Shown in pieces: positions 8,701 through 18,503 of a DNA stretch of 64,000 nucleotides (the stretch's first letter is position 1; every line of letters starts with the position of its first letter). The notes under the pieces were generated by a model. That model was given only the letters and a program-made list of their open reading frames with translations, did not search any database and was not told the origin of the DNA. This DNA is from a virus: IMG/VR virus record IMGVR_UViG_3300035698_012088, positions 95,413-159,412 of that record; one strand, written 5' to 3'. A program made the position numbers and the translations under genes.

Positions 8701-9825
8701 TTGGCGATCCAGGATATTACAACAGGAGACTCCATGAGGATAGATATCGAAACTAAACCTTTCAAAGAGTTTATTAAGACTTTTGAAAAGCATCCAAAGC
8801 ATAAAAATATGCAAGCTTATTTAACAGCTACAGAGGACTCTACTATCAATGTAGCAGTACCAACTGAAGACAATATACAAGATAAACAATATGACCCTAT
8901 TTATATAATGACTGAAATATCAGGTATGTCAGATACCACGGACAAAGATATGTCCTTTGACTTACAAGTTTTAAATGATGCACTTAAGAATACAGATGCA
9001 AAGATTATAACCCTAAAGCAAAATAACACAAAAATTGATATAGGTGTAGAGAGTTCAGCTCCATCAGGAGGTGTAATCTTTGAAGCCGTAGATACCGTTG
9101 AGGGGACTGTTTTAGAAACAGTCATGCCTAAGGGATTGGCAGGATTTGATTACGACAAAAAGTTTGACTTCTATTCCAATAAGGAATCAGAACAATTTGG
9201 GGTGAAGCTTATAAATAGGAATGTTGTTCTCATAGCAGACTGGTACACTCCAGGAGACATCAGTGAGATTGATGCAGTGATGAGCGTTTTTGTAAAAGAT
9301 TACGAACCTAGAGCTATTAAAAAGGATAAGAAAAAGATGCCCGCAGCAAGAAGAGCAAAAAAAGCAGCAGAAGCTACCTTAGATTTACCGGAGATTACAG
9401 ATGAAGAAAATATTAAAAGTGGAGATGAGGATTCCGGTCCTAGTGGTGATAAAGTACTGGGAGAAGGAGCTGAGCAGGTGGATGAGGATACCGAGACAGT
9501 ACCTGGGAATGAATCTGAAAGGGACACTGACAGGAAGGACACAGTCAAAGATCCCAAACCTGACAAGCCTGCCAAAAGGAAGCCCAGGAGAACTGCAGAA
9601 GAAATACTTAAAACAGATATCGCAAAGGCGATCACGAAGTTAGAGGAAAACGGGTATACAGTGTCCTTGGAAGATGAACAAGAGTATCCCCCAACTGTTC
9701 TTGGAAAGGTCGGTTCTGCTATGTCTTTAATGGCAGCAGCAACAGTGGCACTAAAAGATGTTGCAGCAATGACAGAGAATCTCGTTGACAAAGACGAATT
9801 CATTGCTAAACTAAGAGATCTCTAA
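8701..9825 (+). CDS. Hypothetical protein with an acidic low-complexity linker
   Basis: Long ORF; probable start ATG 8733 after AGGAG. Confidence 0.5.
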   Translation: MAIQDITTGDSMRIDIETKPFKEFIKTFEKHPKHKNMQAYLTATEDSTINVAVPTEDNIQDKQYDPIYIMTEISGMSDTTDKDMSFDLQVLNDALKNTDAKIITLKQNNTKIDIGVESSAPSGGVIFEAVDTVEGTVLETVMPKGLAGFDYDKKFDFYSNKESEQFGVKLINRNVVLIADWYTPGDISEIDAVMSVFVKDYEPRAIKKDKKKMPAARRAKKAAEATLDLPEITDEENIKSGDEDSGPSGDKVLGEGAEQVDEDTETVPGNESERDTDRKDTVKDPKPDKPAKRKPRRTAEEILKTDIAKAITKLEENGYTVSLEDEQEYPPTVLGKVGSAMSLMAAATVALKDVAAMTENLVDKDEFIAKLRDL

Positions 9826-10049
9826 AATGAGTTCCATTGACAAGTTTCTAAGAGACTGGTGGAGACAAACTGAGCAGATCCTCAGGGCTAGGTATAAATA
9901 CAGCCTAAAGGATGTGAACAAGCAGTACTTAGATGACTGCTTTGAGGTCAGCCTGAGACCGGATCAGGCAGTAAATTATATGGCAGAATTTTATCAGTTC
10001 CATAAACTTAGAGGGAAAAAACCACCCCGGTACTAAAAGAAAAATATGT

Positions 10050-10124
10050 GCGCCATTGGTGTTAGAGATAGCATAGGGCCCCTCCAAGGCTCGGGCATCG
10101 GTTTGAATCCGATATGGCGCTCCA
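10050..10124 (+). tRNA. tRNA-Gly(UCC), atypical
   Basis: Acceptor GCGCCAT/ATGGCGC, U73 and CCA; anticodon arm GGGCC-CCTCCAA-GGCTC; T arm ATCGG-TTTGAAT-CCGAT. Confidence 0.8.
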
Positions 10125-10361
10125 CAACCTATAAGGAAATGTAAGAAATAATATGTATGGAGATTATGATTTTTGGATAGTCTCAAATAGCAAAGAGACC
10201 TTATTGTTTTATGGACCCAAGCCTGAAAAAGTAAATGGAAAGTGGTCCTCAGTATATGGCCCAGTAGGGCAGTTACCTAATAAGAAGTTTAAACCTAACC
10301 AGTTCAAAGAACCGGTACACCTCACCTTATACGAAGAAGATATGTGTAAGTTAGAGGACTC

Positions 10362-10390
10362 TTGATAATGATGAGATACTGTGGTATATT
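10362..10390 (+). promoter_or_regulatory. Sigma70-like promoter of the HNH gene
   Basis: TTGATA-N17-TATATT with an extended -10 TG. Confidence 0.55.
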
Positions 10391-10418
10391 TATAGTAAAC
10401 CCACAATAGGAGATCATT

Positions 10419-11069
10419 ATGAGAACAATTAAGAAAAACTGCATAAATGGACATGAGGTACATATAAGTAGGATGAAATGTCCAGAGTGCGGAATAGGTA
10501 AATTTGAAAAAGTATATAATACCTGTGAAAACTGCAAAGAGTCTTTTCCTGTTAGACAAAAAATAGGAGGTAAGGCTCTTACAGCATATAATAGAAAATA
10601 CTGCTACACCTGTTCCCCACCTCGCTCTATGAAGTATTGGGATTATATGTCCCCTGCTAAGGAAAAGGTCTGCTCTTGCTGTAAAGAAAAGAAACCTTTA
10701 GAAGAATATGTTAAAGAGAGAATAAGCGTTACAGGTAGACAGCTATACAGTGTTTGGTGTAAAAGATGTAAAAGCTCCTATAGTGTACATTTAAGACGTA
10801 GATATAAGCAGGATATGGTAGACTATAAAGGAGGAGAGTGCTCCCACTGCGGCTATGCTAAATGTTTAAGTGCCTTGGACTTCCATCACGTCGATCCTTC
10901 AAAAAAGGAATTCTCGCTAAAAGAGTACACCACAAGAAAATTATCAGCAGTCTGTAAAAAAGAATTAGATAAGTGTATACTATTATGCGCCACATGCCAT
11001 AGAGCAGAACATGATAGGCTTTTCTTAAAAGATAGGGACTTTTCTAGATTTAAAAAGGAGAATAAATGA
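10419..11069 (+). CDS. Free-standing HNH endonuclease with Zn ribbons
   Basis: CSHCGY...LDFHHVDPSKKEF...ELDKCILLCATCHRAEH and several CxxC pairs. Confidence 0.8.
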   Translation: MRTIKKNCINGHEVHISRMKCPECGIGKFEKVYNTCENCKESFPVRQKIGGKALTAYNRKYCYTCSPPRSMKYWDYMSPAKEKVCSCCKEKKPLEEYVKERISVTGRQLYSVWCKRCKSSYSVHLRRRYKQDMVDYKGGECSHCGYAKCLSALDFHHVDPSKKEFSLKEYTTRKLSAVCKKELDKCILLCATCHRAEHDRLFLKDRDFSRFKKENK

Positions 11070-11809
11070 AGATATTTGGAGTGGATCCAGGAACATCAGA
11101 ATCTGGATATGTAGTATATGATACAGAGACAGAAGATATAATATCGTTTGGTAAAATAGACAACGATGCCTTGCTAAAGATTATTGTTGAAAATCCTGAC
11201 GAAGCAGATGTGATGGCCATAGAAATTATTACATCATATGGCCAGAGAGTTGGAAAAGAGACATTCCAAACCTGTTTCTTCATTGGAAAATGTATGCAAG
11301 GGTTTAGGAAAAAGCATTATAGAATTAAGAGAGTAGATGAAAAGAAGTACATATGTGGCACAGGTGCTGCCAAAGATAGTGGAATAAGACAAGAATTGCT
11401 TGATAGATTTGAGCCAGACTTGATTGCAGGGAAGAGACCCAAAGGTAAACTCAAAGGATTCAAGGCTGATATCTATTCAGCCCTTGCAGTGGCCATAACC
11501 TGTGAAGAACAGTATTTGAAAACACAAAGAATGAAAACACCCATACAGACAGAGGATGAATTAGTAGAGAATTTAATGAAATTGTGGAACGAGCTTTGTG
11601 GGCCTCCCCCCAGTGGATCATCACCTCCAGCTGGAGAGTTTTTTAGATCAGAAAAGAAGTTAACCAATATAGAGATAGGAGACCTAGGGACTGCCCTGGA
11701 GAAATTCAACGGAGAGACAGGTGTATTCTTTAGTGATGGGCTACTAAATATCTACTACTCTCTACATCCTGTAACCAAATCAGATAGAATTGAAGGAAGA
11801 GTAATGTGA
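11066..11809 (+). CDS. RuvC-like Holliday junction resolvase
   Basis: IFGVDPG, MAIE, AAKD and ADIYSALAVA motifs of the RNase H fold. Confidence 0.7.
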   Translation: MKIFGVDPGTSESGYVVYDTETEDIISFGKIDNDALLKIIVENPDEADVMAIEIITSYGQRVGKETFQTCFFIGKCMQGFRKKHYRIKRVDEKKYICGTGAAKDSGIRQELLDRFEPDLIAGKRPKGKLKGFKADIYSALAVAITCEEQYLKTQRMKTPIQTEDELVENLMKLWNELCGPPPSGSSPPAGEFFRSEKKLTNIEIGDLGTALEKFNGETGVFFSDGLLNIYYSLHPVTKSDRIEGRVM

Positions 11810-12669
11810 CTTCTAAGAAACTAACTTCTCTAGAGGTCTCGGACAAAAAGCATTGGAAAAAGTACAAGGAGAGCAATCTATGACAAGAGAAACTATATTA
11901 GAGGACAGCAGGAATATGATTAATACTGGTGCAGCAAGAGCAACAGCTCTGATAAAGGCTAATCCAGCAGTGATCGGTTTAGGTCTTGTGATTATAGCAG
12001 GTATCATACAGCCTATTGCAGCAGTTCTAGGCGCAGCAGGTTTAGCAGCATTATCCTCTAATACCCCAGAGGCAAAAGTAGAAGCAGAAGAAGACGCTGT
12101 GGTCGTGCCTGATCAGGATACAGTGACTCCAGTTGAAGGAGCCCCAGATAGAGAGGAATAAGAACATTAATGGTAATACACAAGTTAGGCTGGAAAAGGT
12201 AATACCTCATTTCAGTGAACTGTTTTCTAATTTTATTCTTATAGGGGTCCTCTTCAAAAGGGAGGACCCCTATGGGGGATCCAGTAATCAAATAGGCTAT
12301 TCTTCTTTGACCTATGGTACAAAGAAGGCACTATATGCTTTGTGTAAGAGTCTAATGTTAGTGTCTTTTCAAGAGGAAGTTCAAAAGACTACTATGGAAG
12401 ATACTAAATTAGAAGTTATCAAGAAATGTACACCTATAATAGAAACGGAATTTAAAGATTATATCTTAGCAGGAATAAAATTAGAGAACCCTAAGACCTG
12501 GGGGTATTATGTGAATTTTAGACACAAAGGCCTGGACAGATTTGATTTAGGAAGAGCTGTTCTCTGGGCCATGGAACAAATATCCAATAACAACTATGAA
12601 GATGAAGACGATAAAGATAAACCAGAAGAACTACTAAACTAAACTATATACCTATTCGTAAAGAGGAGA

Positions 12670-13413
12670 GTGCTCCCATTATCTGTAAATAATAAGTATT
12701 GTAAAATGATAAGAATGACGATTAAAGAAGCCACTAAATTAACAGGTGGTTTATCCAATCCCTCCAAGATGCCAGGATATGGTTACTCTGTATCTAAAGA
12801 TACATGTCCGGTTATAGCTAAACATAGTGACTGTGACTCTATATGCTCCAAATGCTATGCTAAGAAAGGGAGATATAATTTCCCCAAGGTACAAGCAGCT
12901 ATGAAGCTCAGAGCCCAAAAGAGAATGTTTTCTTTGGAATGGCAGAAAGGTATGGAACACCTTATATCCAAGAGATGTACAGGCTGGTATGGTAATGTCC
13001 CTTATTTCAGATGGCATGACTGTGGAGATATAGAATATGTAGAGGATCTTTTGTCTATCATGAGTATAGCAAAGAATTTACCTAAAGTACACTTTTGGTT
13101 ACCCACCAAGAGATATGAATTAGTAGAAATGATAGATAAAAAAGATGTACCAAAGAACTTAACTATAAGACTCTCTGCACATTATATAGATAGAAAGCCA
13201 ATGTATGACTGTGCTATTGGTTCCCAGGATGGCACATCATTTAAAGTAGAAGACCCTGGTAAACTGAAGAAGTACCCCTTCTCAACAGTTATCAAAGAAA
13301 TATCATATAAAGATGCTAGAATATGTCCCGCCACAAATGGGCAAAAGGGATGTCAAGAGTGTAGAAAATGCTGGGATTCCAAGGTAAAACATATTTCTTA
13401 CAAGATTCACTAA
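12670..13413 (+). CDS. Phage Gp88-like (Fe-S/radical-SAM-like) protein
   Basis: GLSNPSKMPG, CP..C...CSKCYA, YFRWHDCGD, FWLPT, NLTIRLS and C-terminal CPA...CQECRKCW. Confidence 0.7.
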   Translation: MLPLSVNNKYCKMIRMTIKEATKLTGGLSNPSKMPGYGYSVSKDTCPVIAKHSDCDSICSKCYAKKGRYNFPKVQAAMKLRAQKRMFSLEWQKGMEHLISKRCTGWYGNVPYFRWHDCGDIEYVEDLLSIMSIAKNLPKVHFWLPTKRYELVEMIDKKDVPKNLTIRLSAHYIDRKPMYDCAIGSQDGTSFKVEDPGKLKKYPFSTVIKEISYKDARICPATNGQKGCQECRKCWDSKVKHISYKIH

Positions 13414-13582
13414 AAAAGATTTAGAGCTTAACCTATTCGTAAAAAAGCAGTTCCAGATGTTATGAAATTTTGATCAATTTTTCCCCTATTGATAGATGCG
13501 AAATTGACTAGTAGAGTAAGGACATACAGCGGGCCACACTGGGTCCGTATTTTTATTCAAAAGAGAAGGATAGGAGAAAATA

Positions 13583-16500
13583 ATGATAGAAGAAATGACA
13601 TTCCAGAAGTTCCAGAAGAGAGACGGCAAGATAGTAAACTTTGATGAAGCTAAGATTGAGGCAGCAGTGCACAAAGCATATATAGCAGCCAGAGGGTCTA
13701 ATCACTCCTTAGTTCCTAGTATAGTATCAGAAAAAGTGGCAGAAAAAGTATATGGTGAGGACGAAGCAATATGGCACATCAATCAGGTTCATGATCTAGT
13801 TGCTATGTACTTAAAGGAAGTGGGATGTGACGATGTAGGAGTAGCTTATACAGAGTATAGACTTAAGAGGGATAAAGCTAGGAAAGAGATAAAGGTAAAG
13901 AATACAACCAAGTCCAAGAAGAGTATCACAGATGCATCTTTACTATTAGTAGAGGCCTCTGATTGTTATACCACTACTTGGGATAGAAATGAGATAGAGA
14001 AGACCTTAGAGACCCAGACAGAACTAGACTCTGATACTAGAGAAGCAATAGCAAAATTAGTAGAGAACAAGGTAATAGACTCAGGACTAAAAACTATAAC
14101 TACAGCTTTTGTAAGAGAGCTAATTAACACTGTACTACATGAGGGCAACTATGGGTGTGAGGTACAGGACTTAACAGTATATAGAATTTCAAGAGATTTT
14201 GTAGACAATTTGATGTATGACAAGGTAGATGAAAACAGTAACATCTCCAACAACAACCCAGAGGCAGTCTCTATGGCTATCTCTGAAGTAGTGCTCAAGG
14301 AATGGGCTTTAGATACAGTGTTTTCAGATGAATTGAAGAGAGCCCACTTAACAGGGGCAATCCATTTACATGACTTAGGTTATCCTCATAGAGTATACTG
14401 CTCATCCCACAGTATTGAGTATTTGAAGAAATACGGCCTTGTAGGGCATGACAACCTTAATACGGAGTCAGCCCCGGCTAAGAGTGCTAGTGTCCTTACA
14501 GGGCATCTAAACACGTATCTAGCTAGTATGCAGGCTAACTATGCCGGTGCACTAGGTCTCGGCTATGTTAACATCTTCTATGCACCCTACTTAGTGGGCA
14601 AAACAGACAAGGAAATGAAACAGGTTGCACAAGAGTTAATCTTTAATGGTTCTCAGAATGCATTCAGCAGAGGAGGACAGACCCTTTTCTTAGATTTCAA
14701 TATCCATAGTGGAGTACCAAGTTACCTCAGAGATGTTCCTGTAATAGGACCAGGAGGTAAGTATAAAGCAACCATGAATGGTCACGATGCCCTCTTAGAG
14801 GATAGATATGAAAAAGAGGAAGATCCTAATGGAAATAAGCTAATGAGCTTATGGCATGGCGATCTTTGTGTATATAAAGAAGTGTACACTAAACACGGAT
14901 ATAAAGTTGAATATCCCTATACTGATATTAAACTAATGACATATAAAGATTACGAAGTAGAGTCTCGGAGATTCTGCTCAGCCCTACTTAAAGTATGGGA
15001 AGAAGGAGATAAGAATGGCAATATATTTCCGTTTCCAAAATGCGATTTTCACGTTGATGCGGACACCTTCCTTAAGGAAGAAAATCACAAACTGTTTTCT
15101 AAAGCCTGTGAACTATCTTCTGTTAATGGCTCCACGTATTTTGTGTTTGACAGAGATGCTGTTACCTTGTCTGCCTGTTGTTTTTCAGGTGACCAAGATA
15201 TACTAATAAAAGGCAGTGCTAAAGTAACCAAAACAAAGTTTAAAGACTTTAAAGATTTAGACTACGAAGCATATAAAAGAAATTTGACTATTTTTCATAA
15301 TGGTGCTTGGTGTAAGGGTAAATATATAGAGACAGATTCTACAGATGTAGATTTCTATAAAATTAAGACAACAAATAACAAAGAGATGGTAGTAACAGCG
15401 GACCATATATTCCCCACCTGGGGGGGAGATACAGTGGCGTGTCAGTTAGATGTAGAAGACTATCTGCAGTTTAACACACTAGAGTTAGATAAACTAGCCA
15501 CACAGGATCTAGGCCTAACTTTTGAACAAGGGTTCTTGATAGGTCTATATTTAGGCGATGGGAGTTTAGATAAATCAGGTAGAAAACATGATGTATGTTT
15601 TTCACTTAATGAGCGAGATTATAATATAGCTCTACCTTATCTGACTAAAGCTCTAGAAGACTGGAATATTTCTGCAAACATATGCCTCAACACCCCCTAT
15701 AATAATGTTCATCCTGTAAGGATATCCTCTGCAGAACTTATAGACTTTATTAGAGTATGGATAGCCGGGAACCATTGTTATGAAAAAGAATTGGACTTAA
15801 ACGCTCTTGTGCAGTCAACGGAGTTTAGAGAAGGCATAGTGCACGGGTATTACACCTCTGATGGAGGAAACTCCAATAGGATCTACTCAACATCTAAAAA
15901 GTTGATTGATCAGATGGAGTGTGTTTTTACTAGCTTAGGGATGCAGACAACTATAGACGTATCAGATAGGACAGACGAACCTGTAATTATAAGGGGAGAG
16001 CAGTTCAAGAGAAACCACCCCCTATACTGCATAAGATGGTTTAACCTAAAGAATAGAAGAGCATATCCAGAGCATTATAAAGTACATAATAATAGCGTAT
16101 ATTTCAAAATTGAATCTATAGAAAACCTTGGAACTATTTCCGACAAAGCGTATTGTTTTGAAATGGACAATACAGAAGAGCCATATTTTACCCTACCTAG
16201 TGGAGTAATCACACACAACTGTAGACTGCGCACTACACTGGACGATAAGTATGCTTTAATGCATCCTGAATTAGTGTCTTTTTGTGGGTTTCAGAATGTA
16301 ACTGTAAATCTACCCCAAGCTGCATATAGAGCAGCAAGGAAAGGTAATAAGTCCATAGAGGGATTCCTAGAAGAGATAGATAATACAATGAGTCTGTGTG
16401 TACAGGCCCATCTACAGAAGAAAGATAAGATAGCACAGCTTCTAGACAAACCAGGGAAGCCTTTATACCAAATAGGTAAAATAGCTGCCCATGGTAAACC

Positions 16501-17194
16501 TTTTGTTGAGTTAGACAAATGTACATATATCATAGGTATCATAGGACTTAACGATGCACTCAACTATATGTATGGTAAAGAGATGCACGATGACCCAGAG
16601 ATTATGGACAAGGCACTCAAAGTAGTAGCCCATATGTACCATAAGACTCAGAACTACACAAAGAAACATGGACTCAAGTTTACTCTTGAAGAGACTCCAG
16701 CTGAATCCGCTGCAAGAAGATTAGCCAAAACTGATCTTAAGTTCTACCCAGAATCTGCAGGAGTGATCAAAGGTGGAGAGGACACAGAGTATTATACCAA
16801 TAGCATCCATCTCAGTGCAGATGCAGATGTATCTCTCATAGAGAGGATTAGAGAACAAGCCAAGTTTCACTCCCTAATTGAATCTGGGGCCATAACCCAT
16901 GCTTTTGTGGGCGAGGAAAATCCAGATCCCAAGACAATAGAGACATTAGTAGAGAGGGTGTTCTTAGATACCCAATCTGCACAGATCACAATATCCCCTG
17001 AGTTTACAATCTGTGACCGCTGTAAAAAGCAAAGTAGAGGACTGGAAGACACATGTGTTCATTGTGGAAGCCCAGAGGTGAAACACTTAACACGAGTTGT
17101 GGGTTATTTCTCTCTGATAGAAAACTGGAATAAGTCTAAGAGAGAAGGAGAACTCAATGCAAGACATACAGGAGAATATAGAGTCGGAACCTGA
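13583..17194 (+). CDS. nrdD: Anaerobic (class III) ribonucleotide reductase with ATP cones and an intein
   Basis: KRDGKIVNFDEAKI ATP cone, AHLTGAIHLHDL, FPFPK, SAC|C-RL, EETPAES, YYTNS, CxxC..CxxC and the RVVGYF glycyl loop. Confidence 0.95.
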   Translation: MIEEMTFQKFQKRDGKIVNFDEAKIEAAVHKAYIAARGSNHSLVPSIVSEKVAEKVYGEDEAIWHINQVHDLVAMYLKEVGCDDVGVAYTEYRLKRDKARKEIKVKNTTKSKKSITDASLLLVEASDCYTTTWDRNEIEKTLETQTELDSDTREAIAKLVENKVIDSGLKTITTAFVRELINTVLHEGNYGCEVQDLTVYRISRDFVDNLMYDKVDENSNISNNNPEAVSMAISEVVLKEWALDTVFSDELKRAHLTGAIHLHDLGYPHRVYCSSHSIEYLKKYGLVGHDNLNTESAPAKSASVLTGHLNTYLASMQANYAGALGLGYVNIFYAPYLVGKTDKEMKQVAQELIFNGSQNAFSRGGQTLFLDFNIHSGVPSYLRDVPVIGPGGKYKATMNGHDALLEDRYEKEEDPNGNKLMSLWHGDLCVYKEVYTKHGYKVEYPYTDIKLMTYKDYEVESRRFCSALLKVWEEGDKNGNIFPFPKCDFHVDADTFLKEENHKLFSKACELSSVNGSTYFVFDRDAVTLSACCFSGDQDILIKGSAKVTKTKFKDFKDLDYEAYKRNLTIFHNGAWCKGKYIETDSTDVDFYKIKTTNNKEMVVTADHIFPTWGGDTVACQLDVEDYLQFNTLELDKLATQDLGLTFEQGFLIGLYLGDGSLDKSGRKHDVCFSLNERDYNIALPYLTKALEDWNISANICLNTPYNNVHPVRISSAELIDFIRVWIAGNHCYEKELDLNALVQSTEFREGIVHGYYTSDGGNSNRIYSTSKKLIDQMECVFTSLGMQTTIDVSDRTDEPVIIRGEQFKRNHPLYCIRWFNLKNRRAYPEHYKVHNNSVYFKIESIENLGTISDKAYCFEMDNTEEPYFTLPSGVITHNCRLRTTLDDKYALMHPELVSFCGFQNVTVNLPQAAYRAARKGNKSIEGFLEEIDNTMSLCVQAHLQKKDKIAQLLDKPGKPLYQIGKIAAHGKPFVELDKCTYIIGIIGLNDALNYMYGKEMHDDPEIMDKALKVVAHMYHKTQNYTKKHGLKFTLEETPAESAARRLAKTDLKFYPESAGVIKGGEDTEYYTNSIHLSADADVSLIERIREQAKFHSLIESGAITHAFVGEENPDPKTIETLVERVFLDTQSAQITISPEFTICDRCKKQSRGLEDTCVHCGSPEVKHLTRVVGYFSLIENWNKSKREGELNARHTGEYRVGT
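15179..16219 (+). mobile_element. Intein with LAGLIDADG endonuclease (347 aa)
   Basis: Starts CFSGDQ, has block B VTADHIF, LAGLIDADG helices LIGLYLGDGS and VHGYYTSDGG, and ends VITHN before C+1. Confidence 0.92.
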
Positions 17195-17364
17195 ATGGGA
17201 TGTTCCCCCAAAGGAATTTCAGGAAGTGATATTAACAATTTTAAAACAGGGACATAAGAATAGAGATCAGGGGTTTAGAGACGAGTTCCCTGAGGAAGTT
17301 AAAGAAGGTTTACGTAGAATGGAGGACCCAGATGATGATTGGGTTCCCCCAGGGTGGGAGAAAG

Positions 17365-17745
17365 ATGTATAACATAGTAATATTTGGTAAGAAGGGTTGC
17401 GCTAAATGTAAAATCCTGAAGAAGAGAATAGCTAAAGTCTTAGAAGATGAAAAATACAGTGCATACCTGTGCACTGAAAAAGATATAACACTAGATAATG
17501 ACTTAGTAGACTTATGTAATGCTGAGTGTATTAACCCCCAACAGATACCTGCATTTTATGTAGAGACAGAGGGGAAACCTATTGTTAGGACAAGCCACTT
17601 TTCACAGATAGAATTATCTTGTTTATATGGAGTGTATACTAATTACAGTACTACAGGTACAATATTAGAGGAAGACATAAGAAATATACTTGATCAAGTT
17701 CTAGCCCTAAAACTAGGAAATGAAAAAATGAAGAAAGATCCCTAA
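17365..17745 (+). CDS. Glutaredoxin/thioredoxin-like protein
   Basis: IFGKKGCAKCKIL and a cis-Pro-like QQIPAF; two genes downstream of nrdD. Confidence 0.7.
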   Translation: MYNIVIFGKKGCAKCKILKKRIAKVLEDEKYSAYLCTEKDITLDNDLVDLCNAECINPQQIPAFYVETEGKPIVRTSHFSQIELSCLYGVYTNYSTTGTILEEDIRNILDQVLALKLGNEKMKKDP

Positions 17746-17766
17746 CACAAACTATCAGGAAATAGA

Positions 17767-18495
17767 ATGACATTCAACACTTATTTGCAAAAAGTAACAG
17801 GGTTAACCAAAGAGGAAATCCCTAAGAGATTAAATGGAAAATACTTAACCAATAAGAATACCTTTAAGGAAGGACTGGACACAACTCTCTTGGCTTATGG
17901 TATATATGGAGAAGAGGGACTACTAGGGATATACAAAGGACCTCGATCTCTGCAATGTTGGTTGGTGACACTTCCACACAACGTAGAGCTGAGAGCAACC
18001 TTGGGCCTAATTGAAGCTCCCAGTGAAAAGCATGAAATAAATGTAGAGAAGTTTAACGCAGATAAAGTACTTGCTACTCTCCTTACAAAAAAGGACATGT
18101 TTAGTAAGGTATATTTAACTGAAAAGAACTTAGACATCCTAGAAGCAGCAATAGTTAAATATACAGTGGATGTTTTAGCAGAGTTTACTATAACAAGCGA
18201 CGCGACCAACTGGAAACCCACTAAGCTGTATGCCTTAGGAAAGAAACCTGGCCACAGTACATTAGGACTATACGAGAAGACCACTGTTTATGAAAGAGAT
18301 AGGTATACTTCGGTGTATAAACCTAGTCAGAAAAACTTACTCTTAGCTTTTATTCACAATGTACATACATATAATTATTATGGTAGAGATCAAACCTACA
18401 AAATGCATAAACAGAGTATAGAGCTTAAAACCGACAAAACCCTAAAAGAACTCAAAGAACAGGTCAGCGTAGAGCTGGCCATAATGGAGCTGTAA
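17767..18495 (+). CDS. Hypothetical protein
   Basis: 242-aa ORF with SD. Confidence 0.55.
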   Translation: MTFNTYLQKVTGLTKEEIPKRLNGKYLTNKNTFKEGLDTTLLAYGIYGEEGLLGIYKGPRSLQCWLVTLPHNVELRATLGLIEAPSEKHEINVEKFNADKVLATLLTKKDMFSKVYLTEKNLDILEAAIVKYTVDVLAEFTITSDATNWKPTKLYALGKKPGHSTLGLYEKTTVYERDRYTSVYKPSQKNLLLAFIHNVHTYNYYGRDQTYKMHKQSIELKTDKTLKELKEQVSVELAIMEL

Positions 18496-18503
18496 AGAAA
18501 ACA

